Of a stretch of DNA of 64,000 bases, positions 38,699-51,019 are shown piece after piece. The DNA lies in the NCBI GenBank assembly GCA_047495785.1, contig JBLDXI010000004.1, forward strand, positions 1,240,001 through 1,304,000, in the 5' to 3' direction. The position numbers were made by a program, and so were the translations under genes. This DNA is from Lepidodermella squamata. Its lineage: Eukaryota; Animalia; Gastrotricha. The notes under the pieces are model-generated. The model made no database searches. It saw nothing but the letters and a program-made list of their open reading frames with translations, and was not told the origin of the DNA. Position 1 is the stretch's first letter. Each line of letters opens with the position of its first letter.

Positions 38699-41600
38699 TC
38701 AAGCACCTGGCACAAATCGCTCGCATAGCGCTTTGCCAACAGTCTCATCACAGCCAATTTGAAAATAGAGATATTTGTTGAACCCTTGCTCGACATAAGA
38801 CAAAGAAACGCAACCATCAACAGGTACGTTAATCCACTGATTAGGAATCAATTCGAAATCGGAGCCATCATCCCATTTTAACACGTTGTTTCGCTGAATG
38901 AGTGCGATCCATGACGTTGACGTAACCACACCAACCGCCAATGCTGACCTAGCCATCTCCAGTTCGTCATTAGACCTAATTTGAGCTAACTGATCGCCGT
39001 TATCGATGCATGCCTGTGCTGCGTCTTCTTTATTGCCGCCATTGCCCAACGTCACTATATCGTAAACTTTGCGCATGCCATTGCATGTGGCTTCGTCCGG
39101 ATAGGTGCCAGCAGCCGGAATTCGAACGTCCGTGTTTGCATCGCAGCCAACCGTGTCCAGCAGGCATCGAACTGACGCGCTGCTTTTGTCAACGCAGCGG
39201 AAATAGACAGGCTGCAGAGGAGCAAAATTAAACAAAATTAAATTCTAGCGTGAAAATGTGAAGAAATAATGCCATGTAGACTCTAGACTACGAGACAATT
39301 TAGGTTAATTTTTTTTTCCGGAACCGAATACTGCAATCCGGTACAACTTTGAACACCTACGTCCAGGCTTACTTCAATGTGCTGCGTGAATTCAACAGAT
39401 GTGATTTTGGCCCGGTTTTTAACGTAGTTCAAATGGGGCCGCCCACCGTAACATCGTCATATTTTTTATTCTCGGAAATTCGCAAGCGTGAGGATTTGGC
39501 AAGGGGTACCTCAAAAGTACAACGTAGAACTTTGAACACCAAGGTTATGTGAAAAGAAGAGTGAATAACGTGAAGATCGTGAAAGAGAATTTTGTGCAAA
39601 TAATTTCACTTTTCACCCATAGCATTATGCTAGTTCTCTCTATAGTTCAAGTACAAGTGAGGAAACTCACGCTGGAAACTTGAAACATTAATTCGAAGGG
39701 GTTTTTTTAAGCCGGATCTTATTACAAAATGCGCGTAATTTTTAGCGCACTTTTCTTGCGCAAACCTACCAATTTTCCGCAAAGCTTTTCTCCGGTTTTA
39801 CTACTTCAAATCGGACTCACCTTTTTGGTGACTACTTGAACTTCAAAACTGCAAAAGGTTAGGCCGATATATGCAACGGCTAAGCCTTAGCACCCTCCCT
39901 GGAGCCGAACAATTTCAGCGACGTATGGTGGACGAGAATGTTCCGAACTACTTGAAACCCCAAATGGGCGGGTCCGTTATTTAGAAAATTCAGACTCTTA
40001 CAGTAAGATAAAGATGGTAAAACTTAGTAAGAGATAGTTCAGAGTATGGATGCAATATCACGAAAAATAGGTTTCCTTTGAAGAGATCCTAAAAATGTTC
40101 TATTGCGTATACGGACCCGCTCCTTCGAGGAGTTAAGTAGTTCAAAGCATTCTCGTTCTCCATACAAAAATTCATTTAAATCGGCGACCCTCCTTTCAAC
40201 GAAAAAATTCGTTGAAAATGAGCTATTTCTGCGAAATTCCGATTATTTCCGAAGCAAAGCTAAATTGAGGATGTTCATTTCAACGTCAATAGCTCGCGAG
40301 CACAAAAAAGTCCTATACTCATCTTAATTTCTATTCCAGAATCGCAAAGAAAACGCATTTTGTGGAAATCTCCAAAATAATTGATATCCCTGTTCAGATC
40401 AGCTATAAAGCGAATGATTCTCAAGCATTCGCTCGTTTTTGGTGTGCTTCAGCTTCAGACACAGAAGTCGGCTTGGAAACTCCCGAAAATTGTGGTGTTA
40501 ACAACGGGCAAAGCTGTTCAGAATAGCATTCAGAATAGCATTCAGAAGATGGATTTTTTATTTTTGTGAAATCAGCCTTCGCTATGTGATTTTTCGCATT
40601 TTTAGGGGTAAAAACCCACGTAAAACAAAGAGGGTAACCGCTTCCTCTCGGATGCTATGTATAATCGGAAAAATCACATAATAAGCTTAGGCAGTTTATA
40701 TATATAAATAATCAACAAAATTTCGGGTATTTTCAAGGGAGAGACTGTGGGGGCTAAGTTGATGAAACTTGGTAAAACGCTGGATCACAAGTAAAATTCC
40801 CAAGCGGAAGATCCCCATGGTTTCAGATAAAAGCCAATTTGCGTGAAATGTTCGAAGTTGTACCGGATCACGGTATGCTTAAGCGGAGCCAGCAGGGTGC
40901 GATCTTTGATCCTCGAGCTGCCAGGGATGGAAACAATTTTTTGCTGTATTTGCCTAAATTACTAGCGCTAATCTTGTTCCGGTGAAAGGTTTGAGCAATC
41001 TTGGTGGTTCGAAGGTGGTTCGAAACACAGAAAACCTTTTCCTGTCTCATTTTCAGCCTCAATCACAAGAAAAGCTATGCTTTCAACTTACAGCAGGCGG
41101 CGATATTTCGTTGATACACTTGTCATGATTCTGTTGGAAGGTCTGCAGGTCAGAGAACAGCTTATCCTGTAGTGAACGAAAACAGTTGGTCAGTTACTGC
41201 AATTACACTGCCATTTGTTAAGCCTTACCTGCGTATAGCCCCGAGGGCACGCTGCGTAGCAAGACAGCTTTTGCGATGCATCCTTGCATGAAACAGCGTT
41301 CTGGACAGAAACCGATTACAATTACGAATAAATTTCAAAGTTAATAGCTTACACCTAATAGGCAAGTCTCGCGATTAATGTACACTCTGGTCGAGTACTG
41401 TTGAGTCTCGTTGTTTCCATAGCAACCAGAGCTTTGCGGTCGGCAGTCGTTGAACTTGCCGGACGTTGAATCGAAGCATCGGATTTGAGGCTTCTCGCTA
41501 TCCGGTAAAGCGACTGAAATTACAATAAGACATAGTAGCAATTCTTTGCTCAATTCAACTCACCAGATCCATTGATGCAAGACGCGAGATTGGAGTACAC

Positions 41601-42421
41601 AGTCGATTCAGTGACCTGAAAGCGAGAAATCAAAATGTCATCAACACGAGAAAATGAAGTAGATTTCACTCGCCAAGTTGTTCGGGCAAGAGTAAGGATA
41701 TGGCACACAAGTTTTGATGACGTTGTTTGAAGTACAACGCGTGAATTGCAAATTCTACAAAAAAATATAAAGTAAACATAGCATAACTTCGAAGTTTCAG
41801 AATTCTCACGTTGAACACAGCTCGTTTCTTCTCGCATTCGTTCAGGTTGACTCTCAGGTTCAACAGTGGATTTGGATTTCCGAACCAGAACAACTGGAAA
41901 ATTGGATCAGAGATAAATTTTGTAATTTAGAAATTACAATTTGTGTGGAAGCCTGAAAAAAGATCACGACGAACTAGATTACTAAGGAAGTTAAAACAGC
42001 ATCTTCAACATCGGACCTACCGTCATTTGACTCGGGTTGTTACAGCCGATGTTTCCAGGCACGCAAAATGGGGTCAGCGCCTCGTATTTGTAGCACATTC
42101 GACCATGCTATACATAATTTGTTTTACCATCGAAAATAAATTGCGACAATTAACTCACCCCACGGCTACAAGCGCCTGGTTTTCCGAAAATCGGGCCCAT
42201 CTATCAATGGAAAACATCAAAACTACCAGATTATAAACGAAACAAACCTGGTATTCATTGAGTGGATCACAGCCATCGGCAGCTGGTACGCAGTTGGTGA
42301 ATCGGTTGCTGAACCGTGAGAAGCAGCGAACCCAGTTCAACGGCCTGTTGCCAACAGCAGCCACCTCGCTACACGCCAGCATAAGCAGCAGCAAAAGCAG
42401 GGGGTTGAATTCCGCAATCAT
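38699..42421 (-). CDS. Family copy G: secreted six-Cys-module plus CTLD protein, about 446 aa, 10 exons
   Basis: Exons 42248-42421, 42159-42200, 42021-42107, 41810-41893, 41674-41754, 41564-41615, 41353-41513, 41229-41300, 41092-41166 and 38699-39211. The frame is open if intron 5 uses a GC donor (GCGAGT). Confidence 0.82.
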
Positions 42422-43769
42422 TTGAAATGACAAACTTCAACAGCAAATCAACTAAACATGTGTAAAAAAATGTGAAATACACTTTTTAAGAGAAGAAAAT
42501 TGTAACGAATGAATTGGGAATGACAGTTCATTTTTAGTGGCGCCACCAACTTCTTTGTGAAAATAGTGGAGCACACGTTTGAAGACCGCACAGTCACTAC
42601 GTCGAGAAAATTAGGAATGGGGGGCGTAGTGTCAGTGTTTTATTTTTTGCTAAACGGCGCTAGAAAAAATAATTGCGTAATATTTCTTGGCACGCTGAAA
42701 ATAGGGCGATTCAGAGTCCGGATCCGGGCAAAAATAATTGGGCCAAATAATACAAAAAATAAATCTCAGACACACCCAAATTCATTCAGACCAACAAGAA
42801 ATATCTGTTATTTAAACCTAATTCTGTAATTAAGTAATTTTGTAATCGATTTGCCTTGATAGTTATTAACGAAATAGACATAACCATAGCAGAATAGGAG
42901 AAGTGAATTACTACGAAAGGTTTTTATTTGATTTCTTTAGGCCAATTTCTTTTTATTAACCGAAATTGCTTCCCACCAATTGTTGATAGAGTTTCACTGA
43001 TTCACACCATCACAGTAGTATACTGATTCATGCCAAGATTCAAATTTAACTTTAATAACGAATAATGTGGATGACTCATTCGCCGAGGCTCGAAACTACT
43101 TTTTATCCATCACAGGCGATAATCTGGCGATATCGCTTTTGGTCAGCTGTCTACCTCACCCATTAACAAAACTCATTTCTCATAAAGTTGTCTATCATCT
43201 CTTTGAAAAACACAAAATGGAAATGAAATCTTATTCTTGTGCTAAACACCTTGATCGTATCAACTGCATGTCAAGGTAAGTTTTTTGGTTTTTTAAATTT
43301 AGATTTTCGAACTGCCATGACGAATATCGCCAACCGCGTGGACGCGGCTTGAAAGCTAGAGCCGACGCCTTTGCGAAGTGCGTCATATCGGCAGTTTCCA
43401 GCGACCGCGTCATGCGGTTGGCCTACAACAAGGACGGTTGCGTTCGCCGCATTCTAGCCGAAGAAATGCGCTCACCGCGCTCATCAGCTTCTACTAGAGT
43501 TGTGGCTTTTGAAAATCTGAAAATCTTTATTTGAATCAATAAAATATGAACACGATAGCAAGCTTCAAATCTGTTGATATTCATTCAAGTAGTCGATCAT
43601 TGTTTTCTAAGAGCTGGGTTGAAAAACAGAATGTTGAATTGCGGCATTATTTTCTGGAAATATAAACTGGGTTCAGGTATTATTCAGGTTCAGATAATTT
43701 TGCCCAGGTAGGCCACCAACAAATGAACATACTTTGCCGTAAATGATAACAATCAAGGTACTCTGATTT

Positions 43770-44110
43770 TCGGTCACGGCCCTTGTCAGTGAGAAGCCAC
43801 TGGTTTTTAGCGATCACTCGCAAATTCAAAACGACCACAAAAGCCCCGACTGCTCGGCTCACAATGAAACTAATTAGGTCAAACTTTGAGCCGGCTGTTG
43901 CTAAACAAGCGCTGACAGCGGCTTATTCTCTTGATAATTGCGCATTCGAATGGGATGATGGATCGAGTTTCACTTTTGACCTGCAGCGCAGTGGGTTGTT
44001 AATGGTAATTTTGACGGCTGTCTTGCTCTCGACTACTTCTACGACGATCAGGTATAGTTCAGCCCCACTCAACGGTTATTAATTACTAGAGGTGCGCACT
44101 GTGTGATGTC
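43770..44110 (+). pseudogene. Decayed exon-7/exon-10 fusion fragment
   Basis: Exon-7-like gtcacggccc..gtgagaagccac...aatgaaact is joined directly to CTLD-like attaggtca...gctaaacaagcgctgac...tgggatgatggatcgagtttcacttt. Confidence 0.7.
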
Positions 44111-44759
44111 TCTTCAGGAGTCTTATTTCTCCTCGAGAACAATGCCTATTGTTAGATGTTTGTAAATAATTGCTTCACCCAATATTCAGAATAAAGTCAT
44201 ACATTTCCAGACAAGTAACAGCGGTTATATTTAAGGCGATTGATTTCGTGGCGAAAACTACAATTAATGGATTTGGCAGACAAACTGTGAGATGCCGAAC
44301 GATACAAACACAAGTTTTGTTTCTATATAGTGCCTCTTGTGAGCGTCCTTGATTAAATGGCTTTACGCTGTTTACGGTAAGTTGATGATAAGTTCCACGT
44401 AAAACGTGGCGTATTGTTCTTTTAAAAAATTTAATCGAACGTAATTCGAAAAAATCCTGAGGGCGACCCATTTATTTCACTGTCAAAAATGATCTCAGTG
44501 CACTTGATTAGGCACACGATTCATGCGATTACGCAATCACCCTTCAACCAGTGTGGGCTGACTTGAAATAAAACACCGACAAGCCAAAAAATGTCAACCA
44601 AAAACACGTGATTTTATTGAAGTTGATACACAGTAGAAAGTGTGCCTCAAGCAACCATTTTTTTCACTTAAATACGGCGTCGCGATTCAATTTTTCATTC
44701 ACTCAATTTTTCTCTACAACTTTTTTAGCGAATTACAGCTTATTGTTCCGGGCAATAAA

Positions 44760-47700
44760 ATGGTTGCTTATCACCTTGCTATGCTGCTGGCCCTAATGCT
44801 ATCTTCAAGCGATGTTGCTTTAGGTAAAGAGAAGAACTGGGTTCGATGCTTCTCGCAGTTTAGCAACCGATTCGCCAGCTGCAACACAGCTGCCGATGGA
44901 TGTAATCCGCTCACCGAATATCAGGTTTTTCTACTCAATGTTATCTTCGAATAAAAACAGTTCATACACATTTTTCTCCATCGACAGTTAAGCTCAATTT
45001 TTCGAACAACCGGTGAATGCAACACTGGGGTATGTCAACTTTTCTGCTAAGTCTGTTTTTAATATTGCCATGTTTTTTCTCAATAGAATGCCAGGATGTG
45101 CTACAAATACGACGGTCTTACTCCGTTCTGCGTACCTGGCAACGTCGGCTGTAACAACCCAGGTGATATGAATGTAAGCATCATTCCATTTTGTAAAGTC
45201 TTTAAATCACACTATTATTTTTCGGTTTTTTCACATCGTTAAGCTGATATTATGATTTTTGAATTCCAGACGTTCTGGTTCAACAATCAGAATGCGACGC
45301 TGAGCTTGAAATTCAACCTCAACGAATGTGAGAAAAAGAAAGCTGCATTCGAGGTAAGATTTCAGGAAACTTGGCCATTACGGAATATGCTTTACGTTCG
45401 GTTTATTCCAGACTTCGAAATTCAGGCGCTGTACGTCGAACAACGTCATCAAGACTTGTGTTCCGGATCCGTATTCCTGCCCCAACAACTGGGTGTGTCA
45501 TTTGCGCCGTCATTGGTCTCGTATTTTTTATTCTCGTCTTCGTTTCACCTACAGGTTACTGAATCAACTGTGTATCCGAATCTTGCGTCTTGCACCAATG
45601 GAACAGGTTTGTGGGTTTGATGTACTTATTTGTGAAAAAATGTGTTAAACAAATCGGGCAGTTATTCGTTGGGGTTTTCATTGGAGGTAGGATGCTATTC
45701 GAAGAAATACGGTATTACAAACATTTAAAAATTTTAGCCAGTGAGATTGCGGATTACCAATGAAGGCATTGCACCGAAAAGGATCCTTTAGCTTGGGCTA
45801 TTGTGTGCTAGTAATTTTTCAAATCAGAAACGGAATTTCCTGTTATCTCTCCGAGGCCTCTCGAGCTGGTTTCTTGACATTTTCACATTTCCCCTTGCTT
45901 GAAAAAATTGTTGAAGGTAGGTGTTAATTTAGTTATAGGGTGTTTAATTTTGCCCCGCTAGCATATGTTGGAAAAGCACTGACATTTCGTTCTCGTCAAG
46001 ATACTGTTTCAAGAATTAAAAAACTTGAAATTGTTTTCGACTGGGAATTAGGAAGTCCAGAGTTGTCCACGGGCCGAATTTTTGGAACCCGGCCCGGCCC
46101 TTCTTGAATCGATCATATCGATCAAATAACTACGAATTTCTTTGTCTCCAACTAGTTTTATGGGTTTATTAAATTTGCTAAAAATCAGATATATTTCGCA
46201 ATTCGGTATCTCAAATAAGCTCGATAGCGGGGTAATAGCGCATTTTACGAAAAATGTGAGCCTTCCCACGACAAGCGGATTGTCCAAATTTAGACAGTCC
46301 GACGTCATTTTCAAGTCTTGCATGATATTTATTGAGGTTTTTGTTTATCACCTCAATTGGGTCAAAGCATTAATTGGGTCAAAAATTTCTAAACTGCAAT
46401 TTGGTTTTCAACCCCTCAAGGGCACCAGAGACTGCATTTACGTTCTCCGACAAATTATTGAGAAAATTATATTCTTTAAGAAGGAACTCCACCTAGTCTT
46501 CATCGATCTCGAAAAAGCCTATGATCTGGTGGACAGGGAAAAAGTATGGGCCGCCCTCCAAAATATGGGTGTAGAACCCAGCTTAATTGAAGCTATTCAA
46601 AGTCTATATAAAGTAAATAAAGTTGCTGTTAGAGTCGATTCTGAGCTCTCAGATTTCATCTATGTTACCAGGGGACTAAGACAGGGTTGCCCGTTGTCTC
46701 CTTTGCTATTCATAGCGACCTTCAACAAAATTTGCGAAAAAATATCTGCTGAAAAATTAGGCTTTCCTATTAGCGAGACCGCAAACAGCGAGACCGCTAT
46801 GAGCGAGACTGATTTCCTAAATTTACTAGCGTTTGCTGACGACGGAACACTTTTAGGCATGAACCACGACGAAATTTCACGACTACTTCACATTTTCGAT
46901 TTGGCTTGCACCGAATTGGGTCTGAAAATTAACGCGACAAAAACTCAATATATGATTATTTCTAGAGACGAGTCAGCCACTCAAAATTACGAATTGGAAT
47001 TGAACGGGAAAAAACTCGAAAAAGTGACCAAATTTAAATATTTAGGGAGCATTATTACCAGTGACGGCAAAATCGATGAGGAACTAAACTACAGAATTTC
47101 TAAGGCAGGCAGTGTTTTCGGCGCCATGAATAAGTTCATGTGCAACAAAAGTCAGGTTTCCATAGCTACAAAACTTAAGGTACTGACATGTGTTATAATA
47201 CCTACCATCATTTACGCCTGCGAATCGTGGAACATATCGATAGCCCAAGAAAATAGACTAAACACTATAGAATATCGATGGCTTCGATCTATAGTAGGTG
47301 TCCACCTAATGGACTATATTCCAAATATAGACATTCGACTTGCGTTATGCGGAGGTCTCATTGAAGTGAGCCGCATTGTTGAAAAACAAAGGCTAAGGTA
47401 TCTAGGGCACATAATTAGGTCACGTGACTATGACGTAGAAGGACTAATACACAAAATATATATTTGGACGCCTCCGCTTGGGTGGTTTGCACCCAGAGGT
47501 AGACCTCGAACCAGATGGATCAACGGAGTGCATAGAAGCCTAATTAAAGTAGGTCTTACTAAGGAAATTCGCCGGAAAAAGAAAACCAATAAGAACAATA
47601 AGGTCAAGGATAAGAAAAATAAAGCCACTAAGAAACGAGAAAATAGAAAAAATCCCGGCGAAAAGGATTTTGAGATCAAAATTATTCCCGATGTCCAACT

Positions 47701-50239
47701 AGCGGAATCGGTTTCTTTTGAAAAAGATGAATGGCGCATGGTTGTTAACTCGATTGAAAATTACGAATTCTATACAAAAAGCAGAATCCTCGACTGTGGG
47801 GGTGGGTGAGGATCATTCTTCGCCTGCCTTCGCCCTCTTCAAAGCCGGAAACGGTACACGACGCTCAGTCCCGAAGAGGATAAATAAAAACATTATTATT
47901 ATTATTATTATTGTTTATCAGTCACGGTTCCTGTGAGCGAGAAGCCGCACATCCGCTGCTTCGACTCGACAACTGGCAAATTCAACGCCTGCCGGCCACA
48001 AAGCACTGGCTGCTTGGCTAACAATGAAACTCAGCAATATTCGACTAATGTGTTCATCAACTATCAAAGCTGCCTGCTCGGAGTAAGTCTTTTCTAATTT
48101 ACTCGCGTTTGATGTCTAATTTTGTATTTAAACAGAACGCAGTTTCATGCAAAGATTCGTCTAACCGAAGTTCATGCTACGCAGCCTGCCCTCGAGATCT
48201 CTCGCAGGTTAAACTTGGTTATTGAAAACTCGCAGATCAAAGTTTCTATGAGTAATCCTAAAACAGGTTAAGCTCTTCGCGGACTCGCAATCTTTTCAAC
48301 TGAACCACGCCAAGTGCACCAATGAGATATCGCCCAAGGTGAGTTCGCATTAACTCGAAATCACGAATGTCGCCAGCTAGTTGCAAGTTCAACTGAAATT
48401 ACATTTTATGGCTTAGGGCCTAGTTTTAACCTTGTGGTTTGATGGTATGGCGATAAGTTGATAGTTGATCAGTTTAGCCGTGGTCATAAAGTCTTTAAAG
48501 TCATTATACCCTGTTATATGCTGCTATTTGATCTGCTAGCGATTATCAATCGAGTTAACAATCATGCGCCATTCATCTTTTTCAGAGGATGAGAGTTCAG
48601 CTAATTGTAAATCAGGAATGATTTTGGTTTCAAATTTATTTTTGCCGGGTTTTTTCTTATCACCTTTTTTCTTAGTAACCTTATCCTTTTTGTCTTTCTT
48701 ATTGTATATTTCTTTTTCCGGCGTATTTCCTTATTGAGTCATACTTTAATCAAACTCCGTTAATCCACCTGGGTCTTCCTCTGGGTCTTCCTCTGGGTGC
48801 AAACCACCCGAACGGGGGCATCCAGGTATACATTTTATTTATTCGACCTTCTTCGTCGTAATCACGTGACCTAACAATATGTCCCAAGTATCTTAAGCGT
48901 TGTTTTTCGACAATGCGACTCACTTCAATGAGTCCTCCGCATAGAGCGATATCAATATTTGGAATATAGTCCTAGGTCCATTAGGACTCCTACTATTGAT
49001 CGAAGCCAACGATACTCTATATTGTATTCAGCCTATTTTCTTGGACTATCGAGATGTTCCACGATTCACAGGCGTAAATGACACGCAAGTTAGGACCTTT
49101 AATTTTGTTGATGTGAAAAGCTGATTCTTGTTGCACATAAACTTATTCATAGCAAATACACTACCAACTACCAGCCTTAGAAATCCTGAAATCCATATTC
49201 CAACCAACGATAAATAACCAATACTTATTATTAAGAAATGCCACCTAAACTGAAATAAATTTATTCATATCTCTGTGTCTTGAAGGCAATGTTACTTGGA
49301 ATTACCATAAACTACAGTTTAAAGGCCGCATAATGAATAAAGGCCGCACCCGAGTAATCGCCGCAAAAACACCCCATTTTCAACAATTTGGCAATAATAA
49401 AGGCCTCAATGAAACACCTGGGGTGACTCCGAGCAGACGGATTATCCACACTTCTTAGCAAATATGTAAACTCATCGCGCTAGCTGCAGATCTTGATTAC
49501 AGTGAAAACCGGCCTCTCGCGCACCTGTTACACCCGTTAGTAGTGAATAAACTGCTAGTTCGGCGTGACGGCTGAAAATTCAAGAAAATAAAGGCCGCAC
49601 TCGAATAATCGCCGCATTTTTCACCCCTTTCTGAAAAATCAGGAAAATTAATCGCTCTCTCTCTCTAGTGCCTATTTTTGAGTTCAAATAAAATCGAGAA
49701 AACATAAAATGTTACTTACATGCATATTTTAGCCGCCTGCGTTTTTCCGCTGCGTCGACAACGGCGATTTAGCGGTTCATTGCGTCACCGAGTCAACAGG
49801 CTGCAATGCGGCAACTCAGCTTCGAATTCCGGCTAATGTGGTCTATCCGGACGAGAACACTTGCATGAATGCGACCAAGAAGTACACGGTGGTGGCTTAT
49901 TGGGGTGTCAGAGCTGACAGCGCGGCAAAATGCCCCGAAATCAATGCTACGTTGGCGACGATTCGGTCTGACGCTGAGCTGGCTGCGGCTAAACAAGTGC
50001 TGACGGCGACGGGGGCTGTTAGCGCTTGGATCGCTCTCACTCACCAAAACGGCGAATTCAGATGGGATGATGGATCGAGTTTCACTTTCGTCAACACGCA
50101 GTGGGCTTCTGTTTATGACGGCTGTGTTAGTCTCCAGTCCCTCCTCGCCGTTATGGATTTTGTCCCAGCCAATGGTTATTACTATAAATCCGTTGCGTGT
50201 GAAGCCTATGCAGACTCAGCGTTGTGCGAGTCGTTTTAG
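44760..50239 (+). CDS. Family copy H: secreted six-Cys-module plus CTLD protein, about 440 aa, 10 exons
   Basis: Exons 44760-44924, 44988-45029, 45087-45173, 45270-45353, 45412-45492, 45555-45606, 47922-48082, 48136-48207, 48267-48338 and 49733-50239. All are GT-AG and the frame is open. Confidence 0.88.
46351..47910 (+). mobile_element. 5'-truncated RTE-type non-LTR retrotransposon with an open RT frame, in intron 6 of H
   Basis: RT motifs QFGF, FIDLEKAYD, GLRQGCPLSPLLF, FADD and FKYLGS, plus an RTE-like tail RGRPRTRW. The 3' end is (TTA)n. The 10-bp TSD TTGTTTATCA lies at 46341-46350 and 47911-47920. Confidence 0.92.
48540..49190 (-). mobile_element. Decayed antisense copy of the same RTE-type LINE family in intron 9 of H
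   Basis: Reverse-complement similarity to about 47090-47760 (e.g. tgtttttcgacaatgcgactcacttcaatgag). Confidence 0.85.
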
Positions 50240-51019
50240 TGAGTCATTTTCTGTCCTTCTTCGGTGCAATGCCTTGTGAGATTGTCGTAAAGAGCCGAAG
50301 TAGAACTAAAATGATAATAATTGGGGAGATCATTCTTCTGATATCTGATACGTGAACAACCGCTTCACCGAGCATTTGAAATAAAACCATGCAATTCAAG
50401 ACGACAATATTCGTTAACCGGTAACAATAATTCCCACATGCCCAAAGTTAAATTTTGCAAAGTAGACCCCATTGATCACTTCGTTCTCCACGGGTGTCTA
50501 TGCTGCACTCTAAAGATTTATTCACTTTATTTTTGCCCGATAAACCAATACGTGAGAATAAAGCATTACATTGACGCCTAAAGTGGTACAATGTTACACT
50601 ATGTCTGGAAGTCGAAAGAAAACATTGACTCTTCGAAAGGGCCATATTTCAAAAGGTCAGTTATTAAATCAATCGAATTTCGAATTCTTTGTTTTCTTTC
50701 TGTTTTTAGGCTAGAACAGGACTTGGCTTTAATCTAAATTGCTGCGGACCCGCTCTTTTGCGAAATTGCTTTGAAAGCACACCATGAATCCCCCAATTCT
50801 TCTGAAGTCAATACGCCCTACGTAGGGCGTTTCTAGCTATTAAAAGGCATATACCTACTTGCCTTCACTCTGGTTTCAGTGAAGATCTAGTTGAGGCCGT
50901 CGCTGCTGAATGTATTTGCGAAGGTTATAAATACGAAGTGCCTTTGCGAGCTCAATTCCGGGCCCCCCTTAGTTTCCTGCGGCCCCCAACATGAATTGCG
51001 CAACCAGAGGGTAAAAATG

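Noticed and set aside
46142-46350. N-terminal 70 aa of the 555-aa ORF as part of a real protein
   Set aside because: It lies upstream of the LINE TSD, begins at TTG, and is a chance in-frame stretch of intron.
35615-50239. Diversity-generating retroelement (RT next to variable C-type-lectin C-termini)
   Set aside because: The RT is a 5'-truncated RTE-type LINE with a TSD and (TTA)n tail. The F/H differences involve all bases rather than adenines only, there is no template/variable repeat pair, and the genes are spliced eukaryotic genes.
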